64,000 nt of DNA from an uncultured bacterium (GTDB taxonomy: Bacteria > Hinthialibacterota > Hinthialibacteria > OLB16). The position numbers were made by a program, and so were the translations under genes. Location of the stretch: the NCBI GenBank assembly GCA_964422415.1, contig CAYRBI010000003.1, forward strand, positions 10,607-74,606, given 5' to 3'. Below, one piece after another: positions 26,993-35,300 of this stretch (position 1 is the stretch's first letter; every line of letters starts with the position of its first letter). The notes below the pieces were generated by a model. The model had not been told where the DNA came from. It was given only the letters and a program-made list of their open reading frames with translations, and ran no database searches.

Positions 26993-29380
26993 TCAGCCAC
27001 AACGCCGTTCGCGCAAGCTCTTATCGAGTGGTTCACGTAGCACCTGACGGATCGCGCCGAGAGAAGCGATAGGCATCAACAGGAAGCCGGGAATGAGGGT
27101 CCGCAGAAAGTCCCCCGGTTCGGCAACCAGAGTCACGGCGAACCAAGCCTCAGAGACCTTACCATTCAAGAAAACCGCCGTTCCATACCCCACCGGAACC
27201 GCCAACAAGACCGCCAAGGCGCCCAAAACCAACACCTCGAGGATGATCGTCAAGGCCACGGTGGTGTCACTGAATCCCAGAATGCGCAACATCACATACT
27301 CACTTTTGCGCTTGAGGACCGTGAAGGAGACGCTACAGAAGATAAACAGGAGCGCGATGAACACGCTGAAGACCGCACCGATACGGATGATGCCGATCTT
27401 CTCGCCGGTGGTCTCCAGGACCTTGGAGACAATCTCGGACTTGAGGGTCACCTGCGCCACATTGCCTTGCGCCAGAAGCGCTTGACGGACCGCCTCATGA
27501 TCTCCCTCCAGCATCAGGAAGAAGGCCATGCACATATCTCCCATGCCGAGGATCTCCTGCGAGAGCGCGAGGGGCATATAAGCCTCGCCCGGTAAAGCGC
27601 CGGAGAGAATCCCGGCCACTACAACCGGAAACTCCTTGCCGAAATAGTTGATTGTGGCCGGATCGCCCACCTGAAGGCCACACTGACGCGCGAGGTTGCG
27701 TTCTAGAATGACAGAGCGGGTATCCCCCTCCTGCAGGGCACGTCCCTCCAGGATCTCGGGATTGCGGATACCTGATCCCGGGGGAACCCCACCGATGGCG
27801 ATGTTGCCCTTCCCTGCTGGCCCCACCAACCGCGCCGAGAACTTGCAGATGGGGACCGCCTTACGGACTCCCTCGATGGCCTCGTACTGAGCGCCATCCA
27901 CCACATCGACCGGTGCGAAGAGCTCCAGAATGGCATCCCAGGGATCGCCCTCGGTCATGCGGACAGCGGTGGTGGCATTGGAGGTAAGGTTGATGAAGAA
28001 GGAGACAGTCACGCCCAGTCCCATACCCACCGCCAGGATAGTCATTGCAGAGAGCGGTTTATTCCGTAACAGGTTCCGCGCGCCATATCGAAGCCAGACC
28101 TTCCCTGGCAGCCATGCCAGAAGCCGTCCGGCAATCCCCAGATGATCCCCGCCGCCGCGTTCGGTATCCCGCACTGCCTCCATGGGAGTGAGTCTGAGAA
28201 GCCATGTCAATGGCCATAGGGCCGCCAACAACAGCACCAAGGCCACTCCCAGCATTCCCCGTAGAATATGGACAACACCGAGCGAAACCTCCGGAACTGG
28301 GAAACCGATGGATCGGGCATAATTGGAGGCGAACAACGTCGCGGCGGTCCAAGCCACCACCAGCCCCACCAGGATGGCCCCCACCAGGATGCACAGAAGG
28401 GGAACCGAGAATGCCAGGCCAATCCGGACCCGGCCATACCCCATCGCCATCAAGGTTCCAATCTCCCGCCGTTCTTGGGCCACCCACTGGAAGATGAGAA
28501 AGAGGGTGACCAGGAAAGCAGTCAGGTCAAACACGATCACCATCGCCGGAAGGCAGACCCGGAATGCCCTCAGACTGAGTTCGAGAAAACGGCTGCCGAA
28601 CTGTTCGGAGGCGGGAATCACCTGGTCCAACAACAACGCCTTCTCCAGCTCAGATTGGATCGCGGTCTGAACATCCTCCTGATTGGCGCCCGGTTGCATC
28701 GTAACCAGGAGGCTATTGGAAAGGGGGAGCCCAACCCGGTCTTGGATCAATTTCGGGATGGCATAAAGAACTCCAAGTGAACCCTTGGAGGGGATGAAGA
28801 TGCGCGGGTTGGCGGGAGCCAGGAGGAACTCGGCGGACATTCCAATTCCAGCGACCTTCAGGTCATAAGTCTCATCGGCCAGGACCAGTTTCAATGGGTC
28901 CCCAGGATGGAGATGGTGAAAGAGAGCTAGGTTGCGGTCGATGACCACCGCTTCGGGGTGAGTGGGAGCGAGACCGTTGCCCTCCAGGATCTTGATCCGG
29001 TTGATGCGCCCGCCTGTCTCCGGATCGGAGGTGACCAGCATGGAGAACAAGGGGGGGCTGGAGGGGAACTGGAGCTGCCCCGGAAAGGCCAGGCGGTTCT
29101 CAGTTTCAGCGATTCCTGTCACCTTTGTGAGATCAGGCATACGCTGAAGGTCCTCGGGCGCGAAACGGAATTCCAGGCCGGCGAGATTCCCCTCGCTGAA
29201 GGCACGATCGCGTTCAGCCAACAGACTGTCGATAGCCGAGTAAACCCCCACATAAACGCCGAAACCCGCTGCCGCCACCAGGCTGAGGGAGAGGAGGCGG
29301 TAGCGCATTCTCCAGGCGCTACGCAGGACTGTTGTTGTCAGAAGACTCATCCCCGCGGGCCCACCTTCCGCATAGTCCAC
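26993..29380 (-). CDS. ABC transporter permease with two FtsX/MacB-type modules
   Basis: 795 aa with two repeats of (TM - large periplasmic domain - 3 TM), typical of duplicated FtsX-family permeases. Partner of the upstream MacB/LolD-type ATPase. Confidence 0.85.
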   Translation of the reverse strand: MDYAEGGPAGMSLLTTTVLRSAWRMRYRLLSLSLVAAAGFGVYVGVYSAIDSLLAERDRAFSEGNLAGLEFRFAPEDLQRMPDLTKVTGIAETENRLAFPGQLQFPSSPPLFSMLVTSDPETGGRINRIKILEGNGLAPTHPEAVVIDRNLALFHHLHPGDPLKLVLADETYDLKVAGIGMSAEFLLAPANPRIFIPSKGSLGVLYAIPKLIQDRVGLPLSNSLLVTMQPGANQEDVQTAIQSELEKALLLDQVIPASEQFGSRFLELSLRAFRVCLPAMVIVFDLTAFLVTLFLIFQWVAQERREIGTLMAMGYGRVRIGLAFSVPLLCILVGAILVGLVVAWTAATLFASNYARSIGFPVPEVSLGVVHILRGMLGVALVLLLAALWPLTWLLRLTPMEAVRDTERGGGDHLGIAGRLLAWLPGKVWLRYGARNLLRNKPLSAMTILAVGMGLGVTVSFFINLTSNATTAVRMTEGDPWDAILELFAPVDVVDGAQYEAIEGVRKAVPICKFSARLVGPAGKGNIAIGGVPPGSGIRNPEILEGRALQEGDTRSVILERNLARQCGLQVGDPATINYFGKEFPVVVAGILSGALPGEAYMPLALSQEILGMGDMCMAFFLMLEGDHEAVRQALLAQGNVAQVTLKSEIVSKVLETTGEKIGIIRIGAVFSVFIALLFIFCSVSFTVLKRKSEYVMLRILGFSDTTVALTIILEVLVLGALAVLLAVPVGYGTAVFLNGKVSEAWFAVTLVAEPGDFLRTLIPGFLLMPIASLGAIRQVLREPLDKSLRERRCG

Positions 29381-29398
29381 TGAGCTGGGGGTGCAGTA

Positions 29399-29478
29399 AT
29401 GGATTGCCGCTTTCGCGGGAATGTCGATCCACAGTGGACATCCCTCACACTGTCATTCCCGCGAAGGCGGGAATCCAT
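29399..29478. repeat. Nested-palindrome repeat, copy 1 (left arm degenerate)
   Basis: ATGGATTGCCGCTTTCGCGGGAATG ... GTCATTCCCGCGAAGGCGGGAATCCAT. Related to the copies at 35779 and 62051. Lies between the ABC ATPase and permease genes. Confidence 0.8.
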
Positions 29479-29509
29479 ATGAATCCACAGGTTTCTCTTC
29501 ATCATAGGA

Positions 29510-30193
29510 CTACTGGATTTCAGAGACTCGTCCATTATGGAGATAGAAGGTCCGGTTCGTGTGTTTGGACAGGTCCGGGTTGTGTGTGACCAACACAAAG
29601 GTCAGCTGCCGTTCCGCACGGAGTTTGTCGAGGAGTTGGATGACCCGGTCGGCGGTCTCCTCATCCAGGCTACCGGTAGGTTCATCAGCCAACACCAGGG
29701 GCGGCTCTTTGGCCAGCGCACGTGCGATGGCAACCCGCTGTTGTTCACCCCCTGAGAGTTGCTCCGGGAACTTCCAGGCCTTGTCCATCAGGTCCACCTC
29801 CGCGAGGTACTCCTCGGCCATAGAGCGGGCCTTTCGTTGGGGGATCCCGGCCGCCTCTGGCCCCATCATGACATTCTCCAGGGCGGTCAGTGTTGGCATA
29901 AGGTTGTAGAACTGAAAGATGAAGCCGACTTTTTCACGCCGGAAACGGGTATACCCGGCGTTGTCCTTGAGATCGAGACGTTCCCCACAGACCTCCACAG
30001 TTCCAGCGGTGGGACGGTCAATCGCGCCGAGGATATTCAGGAGCGTGGATTTTCCCGAACCAGAGACACCCCGGATAGCGACCGATTCTCCAGCGGAGAT
30101 GGAAAGATCCACATCCTTGAGCACCTCCACCGAAGTCTCACCAAGGGTATATGTTCTGCGTACATCTTGAAGGGATATAATGAAATCTGACAT
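29510..30193 (-). CDS. ABC transporter ATP-binding protein (MacB/LolD-type)
   Basis: Walker A GVSGSGKSTLLNILG, signature LSGGEQQRVAIARAL, Walker B LVLADEPTGSLD. Confidence 0.95.
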   Translation of the reverse strand: MSDFIISLQDVRRTYTLGETSVEVLKDVDLSISAGESVAIRGVSGSGKSTLLNILGAIDRPTAGTVEVCGERLDLKDNAGYTRFRREKVGFIFQFYNLMPTLTALENVMMGPEAAGIPQRKARSMAEEYLAEVDLMDKAWKFPEQLSGGEQQRVAIARALAKEPPLVLADEPTGSLDEETADRVIQLLDKLRAERQLTFVLVTHNPDLSKHTNRTFYLHNGRVSEIQ

Positions 30194-30253
30194 AGGAGCG
30201 GTGAGAATGCTAACCCATGCCGCTTCCGGTGACTACACAAGTGGACAAGGACC

Positions 30254-31189
30254 ATGCTGAGAACCGCTGTCATCCAGATCCCCATGAGTTGGAAAACAGG
30301 CGAAGACAGGCTGCGGGGGATTGCGGATCTCCTCGAGGAGGCCGCGCGGGGTGGCGCAAAGACAGCCATCCTGCCAGAGGTTTCATTGACTGGCTATGAC
30401 GTCAGTCACCGTAACTACACCATAGCCGAACCAGTACCCGGACCCTTGACTGACTGGTTGTGTCAGGTAACCAAAAGGTTGGGGATCGTAGTGGTGGCGG
30501 GTATGATCGAGCGGGAAGGGCGAGACCTTTATAATGTTTTCGCGGTAACCGATTCCACCGGCTGGCGTGGTCATTACCGCAAGATCCACATCTCCACTGT
30601 CGAAAACTGTTGCTGGAAACCGGGTTCCACTCCAGGAATCATCGACACCGGGATTGGACGGATTGGGTTGGGGATCTGCGCCGACATGGTCTACCGGGCC
30701 CCCTGGGAATTTTATCGCAACGGGGCGGTGGATCTGGTGGCCATTTGCGCAGCCTGGCCGGATTTCCGGAAACTGCGGGGATTGCCAGTCAGCCAGCGGT
30801 TCAGACAGCTCCACGCTGGTTATACCCGGGATCTGCCGGAGAAGATCTCACGTGTCCTGGGGGTGCCGGTTTTGTTCTCGAACTACTGTGGCGAGGGGCT
30901 TGTCTCACGTCCGGTCCTCGGTGGCACATTGGAGTGCTCCTTCTCCGGTGGTTCACGGATCATCACGGGGGGCCGCACAATCAGCGGGGGCGACGAGGAA
31001 AACCCCGGCATTTTCTACGCTGACATTGAACCCGGCGCGGGAAAGGTGGATCCCCATGAGTGGGATGGCCCCTGGCTACCCCATGCGAGTTTTCTCACCC
31101 GCTGCCAGTTCTATGGAGGCGAGGAACTCTCCCGCCTTGGACTCATGGGCGTCTACCGGTACCGGCGGTGGAGGTATACGCGGGGATAG
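30254..31189 (+). CDS. Carbon-nitrogen hydrolase (nitrilase superfamily) protein
   Basis: Glu-Lys-Cys triad contexts: ILPEVSLTGY, YRKIHI, GLGICADM. Confidence 0.85.
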   Translation: MLRTAVIQIPMSWKTGEDRLRGIADLLEEAARGGAKTAILPEVSLTGYDVSHRNYTIAEPVPGPLTDWLCQVTKRLGIVVVAGMIEREGRDLYNVFAVTDSTGWRGHYRKIHISTVENCCWKPGSTPGIIDTGIGRIGLGICADMVYRAPWEFYRNGAVDLVAICAAWPDFRKLRGLPVSQRFRQLHAGYTRDLPEKISRVLGVPVLFSNYCGEGLVSRPVLGGTLECSFSGGSRIITGGRTISGGDEENPGIFYADIEPGAGKVDPHEWDGPWLPHASFLTRCQFYGGEELSRLGLMGVYRYRRWRYTRG

Positions 31190-31240
31190 GAGTTTTACCT
31201 TTGGTATGGGTATGGAGTTCAACCTTCAGGTTGCTCCAGG

Positions 31241-31257
31241 CACGCTAAAGCGTGAAC
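31241..31257. repeat. CACGC-TAAA-GCGTG mini-hairpin repeat (single copy between convergent genes)
   Basis: CACGCTAAAGCGTGAAC, the same core as at 40802, 52608 and 52637. Sits between the nitrilase stop (31189) and the NifX-like stop (31288). Confidence 0.6.
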
Positions 31258-31287
31258 TCCGAACCGCTCAGCACAACCCCTAATCCA

Positions 31288-31701
31288 TTAGTTCGCCCCA
31301 TGCCCATGGCATCCGCAGGTGGTCATTACTGCTTCCTCTAATTGTCCTCCTGCTACCAGAAGCGCGGCGGCTTGAGCATCATCTTCCTTTGTGAGGTACA
31401 CAGCGATCCCTTTGGAGCGAAGATCCACGAGGAGCCGTGGTCCAAGGCCACCCACCACGACTGCATCACAATCTGTGAGAGCTTCGAGCAAGGAACTATG
31501 GGTATGAGAATGGTGCGTGGAGTGCGCTCCGCTGCCATCACACAAACCCTGGGCATGGGCGGTCATGGTATTCTGGCGGAACGTCTCCTGCTCCACTCCC
31601 TCTCCCGACCCGCTGAAGATCACAAAACCACTGCACCGCCCCATATGCTGCGAGACGGACTGACCATCATCCGAAGGAACCGCTATACGCATTGTGAACA
31701 T
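31288..31701 (-). CDS. NifX/NifB-family (dinitrogenase FeMo-cofactor biosynthesis domain-like) protein with His-rich insert
   Basis: MRIAVPSDDGQSVSQHMGRCSGFVIF and DAVVVGGLGPRLLVDLRSKGIAVY match the PF02579-type fold pattern. Extra SGAHSTHHSHTHSS insert and C-terminal CGCHGHG. Confidence 0.75.
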   Translation of the reverse strand: MFTMRIAVPSDDGQSVSQHMGRCSGFVIFSGSGEGVEQETFRQNTMTAHAQGLCDGSGAHSTHHSHTHSSLLEALTDCDAVVVGGLGPRLLVDLRSKGIAVYLTKEDDAQAAALLVAGGQLEEAVMTTCGCHGHGAN

Positions 31702-31717
31702 ACACCTCCAATGAATT

Positions 31718-32257
31718 TCATCCGGTGATTTCTTCGCCCGGTTCTTTTTCTATATCCACTGCAAGGAACCCTGAGGAGTTCTCAGCTCTTTTCCGCCTTC
31801 CTCGCCGACAGCATCCAGGAGCACCGGAGTACACCATTTCCTCTCCCTGGCATCTCACGCGATGGACACGGTCATATGAACAAAGGGGACATGTTTCTGG
31901 ACCTCCCACACCGAGGGGGACCTCAAAGGTCTGATGGCACCCCTCACATTCGTAGATCCTCACCAGATCCTCCCGGATGTGGCCACCCCGGAAGATAATC
32001 GTCTTCCCATGGATGAGTGCATCCGCGACCTTCCGGTGGGCAGAGGCGAGGACTCTTCCAAAGGTGGCGCGTGAAATCTCCATCCGCTCCGCCGCCGCCT
32101 CATGGTAAAGCCCCTCCAGGTCGGCCAATCGGAGCGCCTCGAGCTCATCCCATCCAAGGACTTGCTCCTCCAGCATCCAGACCGGGACACCACGCGGTTT
32201 ATAGACCGTGGCGGCCGGATCCGCATGGACACACCGCCCCTTGACTGGTCGCGCCAT
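31718..32257 (-). CDS. DUF134 (UPF0251) predicted DNA-binding protein fused to a CxxC...CxxC zinc ribbon
   Basis: MARPVKGRCV...PRGVP...DELEALRLADLEGLYHEAAAERMEISRATFGRVLASAHRKVADAL is DUF134-like. It is followed by YECEGCHQTFEVPLGVGGPETCPLCS, an FmdB-type Zn ribbon. Confidence 0.8.
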   Translation of the reverse strand: MARPVKGRCVHADPAATVYKPRGVPVWMLEEQVLGWDELEALRLADLEGLYHEAAAERMEISRATFGRVLASAHRKVADALIHGKTIIFRGGHIREDLVRIYECEGCHQTFEVPLGVGGPETCPLCSYDRVHRVRCQGEEMVYSGAPGCCRRGRRKRAENSSGFLAVDIEKEPGEEITG

Positions 32258-32279
32258 TCCCTTTTCCCTTGGCTCAGTA

Positions 32280-32299
32280 TTATGAGTATATACTCATAA
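32280..32299. promoter_or_regulatory. Perfect 20-bp palindrome (candidate operator) upstream of the DUF134 gene
   Basis: TTATGAGTATATACTCATAA lies 23 nt upstream of the start codon at 32257 and overlaps TATATA/TATACT -10-like hexamers on the minus strand. Confidence 0.5.
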
Positions 32300-32374
32300 C
32301 AGACTGACTGTCCAGAAACCACCCCTTTCAAACAGGAAAAAGAGAGAAAGAAGACTTACTAAGAGGAGCCGATT

Positions 32375-35300
32375 TCAGGAGATTGACGAAATAGGAGAGC
32401 CGGGCGGTGTGGTAAACAAATCCGCCTGGCGCTCGATAACCACAACGGCTCTTATCCCACGCAGGCTCTTGAGCCGGTCTAGAAGAACTGTGGAGGGGAC
32501 TACCCGTGGCGACCCAAGCCGCGAGATCAGACGCCGCACCCCTGACCGCTTGATGATCCCCGCGCCGTTCTCAAAAACAAGAGGAATTCCTCGTTCTCCA
32601 CCGGAAAACCATCGTAAAAAGAGAGAGAGTTGTTCGAGTACCTCGGCGGTGGAGTCCTCCAAGACCACCTTAATTTGACTCCAAGACTCACTGGCATTCC
32701 CTAACAGCGCGGGTGTTTCGCATTCCCGCAACAGATACTGGGGGAGGCCCTGCCCGGTGTAGGGGCGCGAACGGACTTCACAGAAGAGCGGCCAAGGCTC
32801 TTTGAGGTGCATCCGGTAGCCATCCAGCCGCGCGGCCTCTGGGATTGGATGAGGGAGAAGGCTGAGCACCTTGCCGGATTCATCCACCACCCGGTAGACA
32901 GTCTCTTGGTTGAAAAGAAGGAAGGTCACCCAAGGTGATTGGGACACACCACCCGGTTGCGGTTCTCCCGCGGTAGCGAACACATCCACCTCATGGACCC
33001 AGCCCATTTGAAGCCAATCCGGCTGCCTGGCAAGACCCCCCTCAGCAAACCATTCCTGGGGAAACCATTCCCGGAAAGGCTCAAGTGGATTCTGGATGAT
33101 TCCCAGGCGCAACAGGCTGAGTTCGAGGTGTTCCTCGTGATGCAGGCTTAAACTATCCGGACCAACAATGGCGGCCGTTGTTGAATGGGCTTGCCCGGGG
33201 CGGACAGGGAAGAGGGTTTGCTGCGCGGCCCCACCGCCCTGAGCACGCAAGGAGAGGTGCCGGGCGCGGGCCTCGGTAAGGAGTGCTCCGGTGTTATGGC
33301 CGAAAGGCTCGAAAACACCCAGACGGATCAGTTGTGAAAGGAGGTTCCAACTCAGCCGGTGTTCAGGCCAGGACTTGAGCCATTCCTCCCACGAGAGATC
33401 CGGTACCGTTGGGGGCGGCTGGAATAGATCCCGTAAACCACCCCCCTGCAAAGAGCTGGGATAGGATGCCTCCAGGTCCATGGAAATCTGCGGTCCCACC
33501 CCAAGGATATTCTGTGTCCCCAAACGAAGCTGCCCTGTAGATGGTGAGAAATCATAACGCCCACCCGGAACCGCGCGAGGCGGGTCGAGCCGCGTGCCGC
33601 GCGCTCTCAGCAGGCTGTAGAGTTCACGGCGATCCTCGGTTTCACCGGGATAGAGGTAAGACAGGATCGCAGTCATTGCCGCGGGATCCCGCGCAAAGGC
33701 ATCGGCCATGGCCAGCAGCTGCTCAGCCTTCCTTAAAAACTCAGGACGGGATGGAAGGGGGTTGGGATTACCCAGGAACTGGACCACCGTTTCCCTTGTG
33801 TTCCGGTCCCACACATGTTGATCCCGGCTGGAGACCGGGTCCGGTTGCGGCCCCCCCTCTTCCAGGGAGAGCCACAGATCCATCTCCTCCGCTGTCAGGC
33901 GAAGAGCAGCGGTTCCCACCTGGTGGATCTGCTCCCGGTAGAGGAGCCAACCTCCCGTTCCTTGAGTGAACCGTTCCAAAGCTGCGCCAACATCCCCACG
34001 GATCCTGGCATCGAGGCCACTCTCATCAGCGGATCTGGTCCAATCCTCCCACCAGGGAGGCACTCCTCCTTCGGAGCGGAGAGGGTGTTCTCTTTGGACT
34101 GCGATCAGACGCAGATTCTCCCGCTGGGTCCAGAAGGACCAATGCCAGGCTAAAGCGAGCAGGTCCGCCAGCTCACCAATGAATGTGGGCATGGCCGCAC
34201 AGATCCACCTCCAGAGGAGCGGACGGTAACCAGTGGAACCGGGAATGGTCAACAGGCGCAGGAGCGATGCTGAAAGGCCGAGAACCTCGATCTTGCCAGT
34301 GTCATCCGCATACCCCTGATCCCGGAAGACCTCGCCGCGATGCTTCTCGATCCAGGTGGTAATCGATTCACGGGATTCTTCGCGGCGGGGCAGGACCGGG
34401 ACAGTGTCCCGGTAAAACGGCGCGCAGGAGAGGGTCTGAGTATTCGATGCCAAGAGCCGCAGAACCAAGGTTCCCACGGTCAGGGCATCGATGGGGTCTG
34501 TGTCCAATTCTGGATACCCGGTTTTCGCGGGCGCGAACACCTGTTCGAGGTTGACCGCAGAGACAATCAGCGAGGCCGGAGCATCACTGGAGGTGGAGCC
34601 TCCCCCTTGATCCAGGAAAGATGGGAGTGGAGGAAGCTTATCCGGGGGATCACCGGGAAATTCCAGATCCTCCCAGTGGGCAAGCAAACGGTAGCCAGCA
34701 TGGACAAGATCCTCATGGTCATCTGGGGCGGGAGCCGCGAAGCCACATCTTCCTTTCCCCAACAGAGCATTGAGAGACGCGAGTACCTCCTGCTCCCATT
34801 GGTGAGGGCAATCCACCTCGACTGGAGCATGAAGAGAGTCTTGAACTCCAGGATGGAAGGAGATGCCTTCATGGTAGGGATCGACACGGGTCAGGCCGAG
34901 GAGATGCGCGAAGAGCGAGGAGGTGGTCCATTCAGCTGTAGGCCGGAGTGTCCCCGGTGGCAGCCCCAGCCGCTTACGAACATCCCACAGGAGAAGCCAC
35001 ACAGTGGGCCAGCGGGTCTGTTTGAGGTATTGGAATTCTTCGACCAGCCGCTCCTTGACCCCTTCCCGGCGGATATGACCGGTGGCGATGGCGGTTTCCT
35101 GACCTAGGGTCCAAAAGAAGGAGGCGGCATCGGTACCCCGTGGAACCGGGTAGACCGGGAAGGTCAAACCACTGTGTTGATAGGGATCGAAGGGTTTGGC
35201 GGTCAGCTTCTCGACACCACGGAAGGCAGGAGTAAGCCCTTGCAGGAGCCTTACCACCCGCTCCGCATGGGGAATACGCCCTGGCAGATCTCTTGAACTG

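Noticed and set aside
34340-35107. 255-aa plus-strand ORF inside the DnaE-like gene. Considered as evidence that the large minus ORF might be spurious.
   Set aside because: The minus-strand product is collinear with DnaE over its whole length. The plus-strand ORF has no recognisable features.
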